Below, in pieces: positions 11,601 to 22,262 of a stretch of DNA of 64,000 nt. Numbering within the stretch: position 1 is the first letter of the stretch; each line of letters starts with the position of its first letter. The notes below the pieces were generated by a model. It was given only the letters and a program-made list of their open reading frames with translations, did not search any database and had not been told where the DNA came from. The stretch is from NCBI RefSeq assembly GCF_000315625.1, contig NW_005434647.1:480936-544935 (forward strand), in the 5' to 3' direction. Both the position numbers and the translations under genes were made by a program. This stretch comes from Guillardia theta CCMP2712 (taxonomy: Eukaryota; Protista; Cryptophyta).

Positions 11601-12428
11601 CAGAACTACTGGATGTCTTCCTGCCAGGTTCCCCTCTGGCCTCTGATCAACTCATCGGGGCCCATGTACCTTCTTGTCGACATGGACTCGACCTCTCTCT
11701 ACGGGGGTTCCATCATGAACGTGACCCTCAACGGCGTCAGCATCCCCTTCTCCTCTCCTTACCAGATGAGCCCCACCTGCGGGATGAAAGTACCAATCGT
11801 CCTCACTGAAGTTCCTCCCAACGTTGAGGGACCGAAGTTCTCTCTGCAGATCAACGTCATGTATCCTAACTGCTGGTACTGCTCCAACACTCCCTCCTGC
11901 TACTACATCAACGCCGAGGCTTTCCTCGCCGCTCCTTATGTCTTCGAGCAGTGCGACGATGGCAACCAAGTGGACGGTGACGGATGCAGCAGCACGTGCA
12001 CCATAGAGCCCGGGGCCTCGTGCGACAGCTCCTTCAGCATCGGGTCGCTGCAGAGAGGGCCGGACGTCTGCCTCGGCAAGTACGGCAAGCAGATGCCGGG
12101 AGGATGCTCCAACTGGATGGCGATGCTCAACTCGTCGACGTATCCGTTCCTGTGGGGTGAAGACCCGAGCTACAGGAACTGCTCGCTCCCTTACACGTGG
12201 GAAGAGATCGTCATTCCAGCCCTCAAGAACTGCTCGGTGCAGTACAAGATGGGAGGCCTGGGCCTGCTGATGACGGATCAGTTTCAAGTTTGGATCTGCG
12301 TGAAGGATCACCCGTGTGCGTTGAGCGCGAGCAACCCTTACTTCTGCTTCGTCTACGATGAGATGAACGCGAAGTTCATTCCTTGGGGAAGCAACTCCAA
12401 GCTTGAGCTCTTCCAACTCGTGAAATGA
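5616..12428 (+). CDS. Giant secreted S8 subtilisin-like protease (KP-43/TagC-like) with PA domain, EGF-like module and Myxococcus Cys-rich repeats; intronless
   Basis: Likely start ATG 5616 with signal peptide (MAANMLLLAAMALLLSSAPCCDA). Catalytic motifs GIADTGID (Asp ~6699), HGHGTHVSG (His ~6894), FAAGNSG and SGTSMATP (Ser ~9033). Also FSSRGPTFDLRNKPDIVAPG, the KP-43-type C-domain (VTLVWTDPPG...DLDL...NNVEQI), EGF-like CPNSCSGHGTC and CGDG..CDDGN..GDGCSSTC repeats. Confidence 0.95.
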   Translation: MAMGGMAANMLLLAAMALLLSSAPCCDARVSKEEFEHGFRHGERRSVVAKNLPGRPLMIHNPETLLLHHTEDRAHAKLKTRFRQDSTIAQQQIVFEESSKSHYLVRVKYPAPPDMLSQLRATSGDKFVQYIPYDTYVVAMEPSRKLRVASMKHVETIYHLPSSMKIANDLQDYMSLAMRSLSAKQPETVINSNPQHPEKRGTLDNSHKKDKGNQGNSKSQTKQDKYGQDKYGQDKEKGAPAGPDESVFLEAAISVHPDQMSLTNMLQLLENAFSTRSGKIAQVWAKTSSKLTIETNAQNVGKVVEHLANQASVKWMEKRSEYRTLNKYSSLIVQGTYQWQPTKTKLEQLGLNGTGQIVGIADTGIDFDSCFFYDSKVQVSVCEDCYFYGYSCSSMCPAQPSHRKILSYNSYPPPPPYPQPYDSYHGHGTHVSGIVAGAAGPNHTLATQYNGSAPGAKIVFDDVSNFEPYLNYLPWDLSSSIYPHAYNNGARIHSNSWGGYSYGYDFQCMETDSFMYDHDDFLVVFAAGNSGPYHFSIGSPGNAKNILSVGSSLNSRESYVAHGYGTYFNLSMLLSDGSDERLVDILPASFGAPLTPDTEPINAPLVGQYFYRWCYPYDPWCMDIQTLLCLPYPDSNSSCAKPTSSNAEISTSLSDVHTVENLGNVQSSIRLQDYRSCYVDPWMSTTTCSFSMYVNRTSGGDVDLMIQVPLSYWMGSNSVTNVKGITVAGDYVPMDFSVLGSQSCGQSISTTYRIPSQVSGTIQIVVQYDQSMRYWYPCMWSGVTFTMISHAATSWDILYDSSIFQMYNYYYYYYYYYPQMFIDLKIDFDFCVFGENAKNRTYLTGGSVAFAHSYDLSFSQFVFNNEYEAYPVFMAGKKVQDNGINGYTIYIKSHHMETSHDQQSRVTLYENNSITYSVVSPVTDGDDSFSLSVRQWYSLYSGSININQTVTLTGFSNPLSDYFRGFFKGNMVASPFMGYCDEVLMAWNAQNMGASALILYEPSIQYPAPLLKGTGGPNEMLKDQITIPVAGISGLDAFNLTTGWFQQTCAPGFSYLCLYSMQLAKLPLVSNVRSGQEYKHTDLSIFSSRGPTFDLRNKPDIVAPGQNIFSASSDGIRNSFQCANSVGLNKSCILEMSGTSMATPATAGAAAIVRQYFEEGYHVTGSPSGADGVNPSSALVKAMIIQSGKPLRHAYQYGSKMVRNGLWGYLQIYGGSGVAWQESTASPSAEQGYGLLDLSSVLWFGADSDFVLKTYDRVQLSQGQVVKKCFSVSGGSQFRVTLVWTDPPGSTYASKALISDLDLVLIDGSGNTLYGNNRSGSDMDRTNNVEQITLPQAPAGTYSVYVSAYDLPQGSQNFALVVTGAITAEPDCSSSPSCPNSCSGHGTCRAPICDCDAGYFSIDCSQSPKCGDGILTAPEQCDDGNSVSGDGCSSTCQVEQGWECDQELWPQDKSSCFKCACGCERYYEESGVVNGSSSVYYNYNMYNYNMYYGPMYYPGYYYWGPQCVYDIEPTGLTSLQVSFPDMQSNAYLNIEIYTCANSDCSQWNYNGWISGSYMNLWLPDAQMYNSAFRANVSKVRVASYSPFLLKYGPIVYDVCGDGIQEGLEACDDGNLVDGDGCSSTCKKECTAAHCCHFDLSPHDVFAKRYENEVAPGATCASFSISDSNNGMGEIEMAVIPTLLLPTVCAQSEVDSSSSTSMKFNGSSTASQYNSATGTIMGHWSLLYPSSLSNGMQNMDDGNWLLPDFGFDFCLEGKNVRNRTYISSNSYITFYNGFSFYSGLSASWPPTPTMFVGGSETSAQLVLTKRVYEAGMRGFLVRFEGTASTSGQLGSPNIIWEATFFEDNRIRVSVGLMANSYGLSLLSDGNGKVLLPLTFKQKSAELLHLKNFCTMYKQQVACDRLEMSSQEEIQVLPNEFQVFRGRSLTLNYFSTVNNRTSSPFPFELSWGGKSKPICGNGLRDWTFSMLTAVNCTSTTSYWYSSTINNGMGGVYYQNYWMSSCQVPLWPLINSSGPMYLLVDMDSTSLYGGSIMNVTLNGVSIPFSSPYQMSPTCGMKVPIVLTEVPPNVEGPKFSLQINVMYPNCWYCSNTPSCYYINAEAFLAAPYVFEQCDDGNQVDGDGCSSTCTIEPGASCDSSFSIGSLQRGPDVCLGKYGKQMPGGCSNWMAMLNSSTYPFLWGEDPSYRNCSLPYTWEEIVIPALKNCSVQYKMGGLGLLMTDQFQVWICVKDHPCALSASNPYFCFVYDEMNAKFIPWGSNSKLELFQLVK

Positions 12429-12820
12429 GCAGGCGTTGGACTCGTGCTTGTTTGTGTGATGAGTTTACGCTATTTGCAACGTTGTGCTGCTTTGATATAT
12501 TTGTGTCACCATATAGCTATTTCTGTCTTGTGACGCTGTAATTTGCAGTCATTCACAATTAAATAACTATTATCCATTTTGTTTTCGTATGAACAGCATT
12601 CTGCATGCTTGGTTGGTTTACTTTTACCTCGTCGCTGGTTCATGGTTGACATGGTCAAGATCGAAGGTGTAGGAGATTAAGATCATGTCACTCGTGGCAA
12701 TCACGATCTCAAGAACTCTGAGAGGTCCTCATCATCATCCTGCAGCATCTCTCTGAGAGGTCCTCATCATCCCGCAAGCTTGACTGTATCTTTACTTCAC
12801 AACCATAACACTGGGAGCCA

Positions 12821-15800
12821 TCAGAAGCTGTCGCAGGAAGTCTTGCCGAAGGGGCTGAAACATTTCTGGCAGAGATTGAAGGAAGAGTCGGAGTTGAGAG
12901 ACTTCCAGAGGTCCTGCGGGTCGAGACGAGGGGAGCAAGCATGGTCAGCGAGTGAGGCAGCGAGGAGAGGCAGGGCGTCTACCTGCGTCAACTTGGGGTT
13001 GACGAGGCCGGACGTGCGGTACTCAGGGCACATCCAGCATTCTTGATTGTAGGTGAAGTTTGCTTGAGGGAAGCCCGTGGGGTTCGGGCAGAAGAAATCT
13101 TGACCTCCTTGACAGAAGTCTCCGCTTGTCAGGTTGCAGTCCGCGTGCGAGCTGCAAGGCTTTCGGCTCTCTTGACATGTTGACGGCTGATTGTTCTGTT
13201 GGAGAGTGAGAAGCCGATAGATGGAGGAGGGAAAGTCGCTCACAGTCCCGTTGTGGAGGAGGATGCCGTACTCGCGGATAGACGTGCTACACTGCATGAT
13301 CTTGTACGCGACGTTCTTCATGCAGGCCCTGCCGTTGGCACAAACAGACCCCGGAGAGCAGGGGATGGTCGTTTCTGACGGAAAACCTTGAGACCACAGG
13401 ATACGAAGGGGTGAAGATGAGGGTGAGCAGAACTAGAAGAGGAGAGCGGGAGGAGAGAGGAAAGAGGAGGAGAGAAGGAGGATGCCGCACAGGAGGGGTT
13501 TTCGAGTGGAGGGCTGGCAAGTGTTCCAGGGAAGAGAGATGGCACGAGCAGAGGGGAGGAGAAGTTCACCCGGACAGACGTACTCGGAGATCTGATTGCA
13601 GTAGCCGTAGAGCTGCGGATCACCACAGGAGCATCTGCGTCCCATCAGCACGTGCGAGCAGAGCAGCAGTGGCTCTCACGAGATCACGTTGATGCAGGGG
13701 CGACAAGCGCACCTCCTGTCCTTCTGCAAGGTGCCGAAATATTGCTAGGAGGCGTCTCAGCTCCCCTCCTCCCTTCCCTCTGACTTCACTCCACCTGCAT
13801 GAACGATACCGCCTGCTGTCGGGCAGTCCCACTTCCCTTCCACAACTAAAGGGCGAATTTCAGAATCATGGCAAAGGGTTTGTCAGTAGACCACGACGCC
13901 ATCAATATATATAGACAAAGGGGACAGGAAAGAAAGAGAATGGGAAATTCTCAACCACCACCACGATAGAGTGTTACGCACTTCAAGCACATTCTTTCGG
14001 ATCTCCGGGTAAGAAATGACATCTCCTCCTGCGTTGCACGACACTTGCTCGAACGAGGAGCCGCAAGAGACCGAAGGAGAGATAGCGCGGTTGCTGTACT
14101 GGGGGCAAGGCCAGCAAAGATATGGGCCGAGGGGAGGGCCGAACCACACGATGCCGGAGGGGAAGGCGATGATGGAGCAGAGGGCGGAAAAGAAGAGAAG
14201 TTTGGACAGCATCGACCTTCCTCCGACCTGCGAGCAGGACGTGAGTGAATACTCGCCAGGGACGCATGCGGGCTCACCAGCATGCCGCGGGGTTTCCTGC
14301 AATGATAGATGAGACGGTACCTGTCGATGGGCCACTCGACGATGTTGGTGAGCAACGTGATGCCTGTGCCATGACGAACGGTCAGAAGAGAGGAATGGTG
14401 GGAGAATGCACGGAAGCAGCATGGGAGGGGTGGGCGAAGGCAGCAAGGAGGAAGGAGGAGTGATTTTGGCCTTAGGACCAACGAGGAGTTGGCAACGAGA
14501 GTGGTGAGAAGGAATAGGTTAGAAGAGACATGCGAGGGAAGAAGATCATCAGATGAAATATGATGATGGCACTTGCCTGTTATCATCGGGAAGACTGAGA
14601 TGCCAATGTACATGATAAATTGCCTGTACACAATCTCGAAGTATTCGTCGGTAAGCTCGAATTCAGGCCTACCAAATCAAAGTGAGTGTAGGTGAGAAAA
14701 TGGAGGGCAGGGAGGGCGCAAGATAGGAAATGGCGAGAATGGAAGGGAGAGAGGGGAGGGAGGGAAGGAGCTCACTTCTCATCTTCGTTGCTCCCCTCAT
14801 TGTTTTCCAAGGACACGAAAGGGCTTAAAAGGCAGACGACCAATTTCCAGATATAAGGCCAAAAGAATTCGACAAAGTTGTTGATAGTGATGTCCATCAA
14901 AATGAAAATGAATATCTACAGAAATCGAGTTAGAAGGAGCCCAGTCTAGACCAAGAAACTCCGGTCCACTTAAAGTTTCAGCACATTGAGGATCATATCA
15001 AACGAGAGCATTCACCTGGAAGGCAATACGACTTGAAGAGCATGTATAGAACGGGAAGTCTGCATAGTAGCGGAAGATAAAAAGTCCGTAGACGTTGACG
15101 AGACGGAACAGAATGATCTTGAGCAGACGATGTCTGCGGTAGGAAGACCAGGTCGGATGCTTCTCCAAGTCCGTGAGGAAGCGAACAATGCTGTCAAAGA
15201 TCAGGTTGGAGATCGGGACGATCGCAGAGGTGATGAGAGAGACAGCAAGCTGCACTCCTTCTTGGAAAGCCCCGATTTGCTTCAAACCTGAGTCGTACTG
15301 ACTCGGGATGGTACGATAGAGCATCTGAAACAGCACCGCATACATGATCGCAAGGGGGCATGCGCACATGAGCACGAAGATTGAGTAAGAGATGATCATG
15401 CGCTGCTTGAACCCGAAGGATACTTCTTTCTCGAGACCATCATAGGGAATCTTATCATCTTCCGGATTTGTCGACGCCTCTGCGTTCTTAACATAGTCGC
15501 GAAAGAAAAGGGTTGAGGTGTAGAAGTAGACCGGACCAAGGACAAAGGTGAAGATAGTGACGAGAACCATCATCGTGACCCAGGGTCCATCTGTAGAAGG
15601 TTGGAACGACGACAAGAACAACAGATCCAGAGAGGAGATTGAACTAGCGTTGAGAAATCCAAAGCCAGCATCCGATAGCTTGGGAGATGCATTCGAAACG
15701 TGAGGAACAAACCCTATCAATGAGAATAAGAAGAGGATCAGATTGGAGACAATCACGAAGTTCAAGAAGTTGAAATACTGAGTAACCGGCTTCCCGTAGG

Positions 15801-16609
15801 CCTCTTCAAGCTCATCCCTACTACAGAAGAAACTGACTTCTTTCTTAACGTGCTCATTCGACGCAAGGCTAGCAGCCGCATCTTGGAAAGCGATATAGGG
15901 GTTTCCATTCTTGTTGAACAATAATGTTTGTTGGTTTCTGTCAATCTCGAGCTGTTGAGCAGGTTGGGCAAAAGACAGAATCGATTGCTTGATCGAGCTC
16001 AAAGAAAAGCCTCCAGAGCTCTCCACATTTGCGCCTTCGTCGTGGGCGTCATGATGCCTGCAATTCAAGTCAACCAACAACATTGGCAGAAATGTTCATT
16101 TCTGCAAAACAAAGTGATATTGACCTCGCTTCCAAACGAGTAGCACTGATGTCAACATCAAGAATCAGAATAATGCACATTTACACACAGAGCAAACTCA
16201 GGACCACGAACAGTCTTTCACTATGTTCAGCAACAGCAGCAGACACATCAGAGCAGCACGTTGAATACCTTCCTTGTTGACCTTGACCTTGCTGCATGCC
16301 TCCCGGAGGTGTGAAAACATCGTTTGCCGGCAAGCTGGAGTTCATGAGCGTTGAAGTTGCTTCAGGACGAACCATAGCATCGCTTGCAGGATAGATCGAA
16401 CGGATAGATGCTGTGTTGTACAATGCCGGCTGTGCCGGTTGTGAGGGTTGTGGGGCAAAAAGGTCGGGCCGCTCCCACTGTGTGGTTCTTGTTTCATGAT
16501 TCACATAATACGCTTGTCCATCTGGAGTGAACTCTTGGACCCAGGGATGAGGAAGCTGCTCGCGAGTCAGCCGACTCTGCATTTCCACGGGCTGCCATCC
16601 GTCCACCAT
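12821..16609 (-). CDS. Transmembrane channel-like (TMC-superfamily) protein with N-terminal WW domain and Cys-rich C-terminal tail; multi-exon
   Basis: WW domain LPHPWVQEFTPDGQAYYVNHETRTTQWERP. TMC-like motifs EEAYGKPVTQYFNFLNFVIVSNLILF, IVRFLTDLEKHPTW..LLKIILFRL and PEFELTDEYFEIVYRQFIMYIGISVFPM. Cys-rich exons continue to the stop at 12821. Confidence 0.8.
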
Positions 16610-18746
16610 GACAAACAAACTGCACAAACCTGATCAAACATGAGAGCAAGCAAAGAATGATGAGATTATGTCTTCTCCACGCATCAGTCAATCATGATCC
16701 TCGTAAGCTTGCATCTTTCTTCTTCTTCAAGTAATTGACCTCTTCCCCTTGTGCACTACACAAATCTTTCTTGTACCTTCAGTCTCAGTACTGCTCCAAT
16801 TCTCAATCACTGCACCGAGCCTGTCCTTTCCTACAGAACAACGATCCATTTCAAAATGGCCATTTGAGTACCATTGTGCGAACATACTTCCTTTTCTCCT
16901 TCCAACTTTGAAGCTTTCTCATGGATCCATTTCCGAAACAAAGTAACTCCTCCTTCCTTATCCTTGTCTCTCTCCATTTCCTGTAAAGAGCTGATCACTG
17001 CAAAGCTTGCCTTGTCTCCCTTCAGTACTATTCTACCATTGTGCCTTCTTGGTCCTTTCATATCGCATCCCCAGCCAACCACAACTCTCCTTCTCTCGCC
17101 TCTGCCGTTCACCATAAACAACAATGTACTTCGGTCCTACTACAGCTTGTCGAGGTTTAAAAATCGTTCGAAGTTTCAAAGTTTTAAACTATCCAAAGTT
17201 TGGTACCAAACCTTTCAGGCAGCTCATACAGCTCATAACGGTTTCAAGTATTTGTAACGCTCAGAGTCGGAGGTCAATTTATCAATAGGGTGGGGGTGGG
17301 GCGAGACTTAGATGAACTACCCCTGGTAAAGAGGACAAAACAAGGTTCAGACTGGGGTACGAAAACTTTTGGTGGTACAGGATCATTTGTAATAAGACGG
17401 GTCCTGGCATCTAGCGGCGTTGGTGAAAACACAGGGGTGAGGGACATCAACGGTGGGGTGGGCTATCATGGGGTCGGGGGTTGCTTCTGATGGAAGGGTG
17501 GGTCATGTGGTACCAGCCGTGGTGCTATAAGATGATTTGGGTGATAGTAGAGGGGTGGGGGTAGTGAAGCAATGTCTGATCTCCAAGAGGGTGGGTGAGT
17601 AATTGGAATGGAGGGTGTAGAAAACAAACCTGAAAGGGGTGGGGTGATATCGCCAACTTGAGCTGGATCCCTCTATTTTGGAGAACGCCAGCCTCCTGCA
17701 ACAAACATTGAAAATTTTCTGTAGGGGTGTTGAAAGAAGAAGAATATTTGAAAAATTCTTATATTCATTGACTTATTTGATAATGATGCATTCAAATAAC
17801 AAACTTTGCTGTGTCGTTTCATCTAATTGGGTTAAATTGCTTGACAGTCATCTGACCGCACAAACCCCTTTTGGTTTGAAGTCGCTTCCTCGCCATTCGC
17901 CTCCTCCTGGCGCTGAGGACTCTATCCTCTGACGCGCACAGCCTGCCCGGCCCCCAGCCCTCCTCATTTGAGCTTTCATTCAGTCTTTTTCGTTATCGTT
18001 CTATCACTCCCGCCCCTCCTTCCATCTGCTTGCTCTGTGTTTGATCGAGCCTCTTCGTGTCTGAACCTGGATTCCTCCGTCGTTCGTGATTCTGAGGATT
18101 TCCTATTGGCGCACAGATCCGTGAGTGACACATCTTGGCATTCTTCTCCCTTCATCTTGTCGTTTCTGCTGATTTCAGTTGTGATTCCATTCCCTCTTGT
18201 CGGCAAATTTAGCGTCATCGGGATCTTTCCGAGTGATCAAGCCGTCAGCTGTAGCGTCCTTTACCTTCAGCAGTTCAAAGTCGAGTGATTGCTCTGATTT
18301 AGTTTCCGATTCTCCTACTCGGACGCTGTGCAGGGCTATCCTTGATCAAAGCTATCAGGATTGAACTGGAGCATAGCTAGCTGCTTCATTCTCTATCGAG
18401 ATCACTGTCCCTTGCTGTTGGAACAGAACCGAACGCATCGTGGTGAGTTGATATTGATTCTTGGCCTCAAGATCTGTCCAAGAGCTCTTGAGAATCAGCT
18501 CGGTTGCCTTTCACAAGGCAGGACTTCCTTAGGCAACACACCTTCCATCCGATCAATTGCTTTCGCAGCATATCTTGCTTCAGGCAAGTTATCAGTTTTC
18601 TGTGTGGATTCAACCGTCGCTGCGAGCGCCGGTTTCTTTGCCCAGTATAGTGAGTTGGATCAAACTTGGGTGCAACAGCACCACCAAACTGTTGCGAGAC
18701 CATAAAGTCTCGCGAATCGATCTCGAAGGCTGGAGACAATTCAGGA

Positions 18747-21338
18747 ATGCCTCTGCCGAACGCGATCGAGCTACAGAGGAAAATGCCTCCGTCGCGCGAA
18801 AAACGTCGTTCGAAGCGTGCAGGCAAGCCAGATCAGCAGCCTGTAGCGAAGACATCAAACATAGCTTCCTCCAAACCCTCAAGGCCGTTCACAACGCCTG
18901 CCCCACGAAAGGGACAAGATGCGAGCCATCTTCTCAATTTCAGAACACCAGAACGAAGGACAGATATGTCGAACACCGGTTCATACCGTCGAAGAGGGCC
19001 AAAGGTTCGTTACGACAAGGATCGATACATGGCAGCAAATTACCACTTTGTTGTTGATGGATCACAGAATTTCAGCGTGCATCTTGCTGTACCTGATAAG
19101 GCCATTGACTGGGACTTTGTGCGTGAAGTTCACTTGTCCGAAGAAGGGTGTTACCAGTGTCCGATTTGTTTGGAGCCACCGGTAGCAGCAAGAATCACTC
19201 AATGTGGTCATGTGTACTGCTGGCCTTGTGTGAAAAGACTGTTGTCGGTTGCAGGGAAGAACTATGCGCCTTGTCCAATCTGTACAAACATTGTCACTGG
19301 TACTTTAGGACAACTGAAGCCGGCCGTGGTTCATATGCATGAGGCCATCTCTGTGAAATCCGAGGTCACGTTTGAGCTAATGCGCAGGGAGAAAGGATCC
19401 ATGACACCTCTGAAAGCATCATCGTTCACATCTGATACTCTTGGGTGTATGAATTCGGCATCAGATATCTTTTCGGGTCTCACAAATGGCTGCCCCATAA
19501 GCGTGGACCGTGCAGATGCCAGGTTTTCTCAGATGTCGTCGGTGAAGAATTCTAAACATATTCTTGAACGAGAAAGAAGTGAATTGCTCGATGCCCTGCA
19601 GCTTTGTCATTCATCGCAAGATTTAGAAATGGTTCCCCACATCGAATCATGCCTAAGGGATCTGGATGTGCAGATATCCCAGGATGAGAGAATTGCCTTG
19701 GAATTGGACCCGGGCAGCACTCCCATTCCTGTTCCAAGTACACCAACGTCATCTTCTGCTTTGAACGACAGTCTGCGCAGTCCTACTGATTCTAGTGGTC
19801 TGACACGGTCCGGTAGCTTTAGCAAACGACTCTGGGTCAACGGTGAACTTCATGATGTTGAATATAGTGACGAAGATTTCGACCCCGAAGACGATTACGA
19901 ATATCACTACGATGAGACATGTGACCTTTCGGTTGCGGCCTGCGATGGATTTGGTGGAGATGAAACAGAATCAGCCGCCACAGATGTAAGCACCCCTGAT
20001 GATACGCATGAAATTTTGGACAGCTCGGTAAATATCTCGAAGTCTGAAAGCGATCGTGTGATTGAGGGGATTCACTTCTTCTATCAATCGTCCGAAGGCC
20101 AAAAAGTGTTTCTTCACCCTGTGAATATGCGATGTCTGTTGGAAGAGTATGGATCTTATTTGCATCTTCCACACAGTATCAAGGCGAACGTGATTGAAAT
20201 TGAGAGATTCACACAGAATGATGAAAGCAGAAAGCGTTACAAGGCGTTGGAACATCTGCCTCTTGGAGCAGAGATGAGATTCGTGGAGGTAGAAATTGCA
20301 CCACTTGTGAGCAAAGACACACTCAAGAGGATGCAGCCGAAGTTGCAGGAGAGAGCAAAGTCTAGGAAGTTCAGGGCGAAGCGAGAGGCGCAATTGCAAG
20401 CACGCGCAGAGAAGCAGAAGCAAAAAGACATGAACAAGGTTGCTCCGCCCCCCGATGACCTGCTTACGGGACCTTCCTTGCTGGAAGCGATGGCTGCTGC
20501 GCAAGGCCACATGGACGACGATGCTCTCTGTGCGCTCCTCATGTCTGAAGAGCATTCTCCTCCTCTTCCTTCACAGATGGCTTCCACCTATGGTGAAATC
20601 ACTTCTGGTTCCCCTGGAAGCGCAGGGCCAAAGTGGAATGAACTTGTACGTGAAGGGCCTTCCTTTCGCCAGAATCAAGCCCAAATGCAGGTGAAGTCCT
20701 ACGAATTTGAGACCTCTTTCTGACATGAAGTAGATCGATGATTTTCCTGCCCTGGGAGAAACAGCTTTTCCTTCCTTGACGAACTCATCGCCGAAAACAA
20801 GTTAGTGCTAGAAACAGTTCACGTTGGTATACACTCATCTCACTGATCAGGTTCTGGTGTATGGGGTGCAAAGCTCAGCACAAGCCCCTCCATGAAGGAC
20901 GAGTCTCCGATTCGTAGAAATACGAGCACTCCAACGAAAACTACCTGGGGTCAACGAACGCCAACCACACAAGCAGCTTCGACGGGGAGGTCTCAATCAG
21001 GGGTCGACTCACTGATTTTCGACATGGATGAAGACGACGAGGTCGAATAATTGTCGTGCATGTACATGTCATACACCTGATTGTAAGTGCAGGTGACAGA
21101 AGAAGAAAGACGAAGGCGAGTTGCCGAAGCTCGTGACAGGTTGAATTAGACCTATCCTCCGTAACATAGCTCCTGATCAGCTTGCAGAGCCTGGGAAGCC
21201 GCACTTGCTGGATCAAGCAATAGTTCTCAGCTCGAAAATTGCCATTCAGGTTCCCAAGATGATATCAGTGGCAAGGATGGCAAGAATGGAGGCAAAAAAG
21301 GTCGCAAACAAAAGACGATTCTTCTTTCATGGGGATGA
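18747..21338 (+). CDS. RNF10: RING finger E3 ligase RNF10/Mag2-like
   Basis: ASHLLNF, YDKDRYMAANYHFVV..DWDFV, C3HC4 RING (CPICLEPPVAARITQCGHVYCWPC..CPIC), FYQSSEGQKVFLHPVNMRCL and RKRYKALEHLP. Later exons end KKGRKQKTILLSWG* at 21338. First ATG 18747 used. Confidence 0.9.
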
Positions 21339-22262
21339 AAACTTATTTGTGGATATCGATGTCGAGGTTGCATCATAGGAAGTTTGACATCCTCTTTTAT
21401 TGCTTCTGAATTCATTACCATCGCAAAATCAAGCATCGTGCCAATGTCATCCACACTTCGCAAAAGTCACAAGTTGTCCTTTTCAAAGTCAAACCATGAT
21501 TGGTCATTCATACCTTGGCGACTCTGACATGACTCAGTGATGTTCAAGGGCCACAATTTGACGTCAAGCCGCAGCCCCGGGCCCGCCGTAGCCGCAGTGG
21601 GCTGGGCCGGGCAGCGGCCCGGGCGGCTGGCAGCGGGCGGCTGCCTAGCCACGTGATGGTTTAGCTCAGAGCCCCGGCGGCTTGAAACTGACTATGATGG
21701 TTTAGCTCACCTGTATGAGTTTAGTTACAAAGTCTCTAAAGTAGCACTCCCGAGGCCGCGAAAGAGGGTAGGGGTAGTAGGCAATGCCAGGGGTTTCAGT
21801 GGGTGGGGGTGGAACATATAGGGGTGGGGTAAAGATGTGGAAATAGGAGGCCCCCCTCGTGCGAGAGACGCTTAAGCGACATGGCGGTGGAGGGCGACAA
21901 GAGGGAGGAGGACGGGGAGAGGACGGAGGGAGGACGGAGGAGGAACATGCTAGAGTCAAGATAGGATTACCATCACATGGCTATCCAACTGTTTGCTTGT
22001 ATTAGAACTTGCCTGAAGATCTTCAAAAGCTTGAAAAAAAGTAATGAACTGAGTTTGCGCTTATGCTGTTGCTAGTCAGAGTATCGTTTGATCTGAATCA
22101 GTGACTAGATCAGTTGAAGCATTTCTTTCCCTTGATTCCATTTGCTTCACATTGCCATTGCATAATCGCATTAGACACGCCTGTTTCGCCCCTTGCTGCT
22201 TCCCAAAACGATGTCTGGGGTGTTGAATTGACTTGCCTCGAACAGTGCCTCGTTGACCTCGA

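Noticed and set aside
11652-12416. Long antisense ORFs (also 24461-25414, 33235-33987, 46662-47345, 53447-54151)
   Set aside because: These are shadows of GC3-rich real genes on the opposite strand.
12716-12770. 21-bp direct repeat CTCTGAGAGGTCCTCATCATC, and the QDKYG x2 repeat at ~6282-6320
   Set aside because: Simple local duplications with no sign of function.
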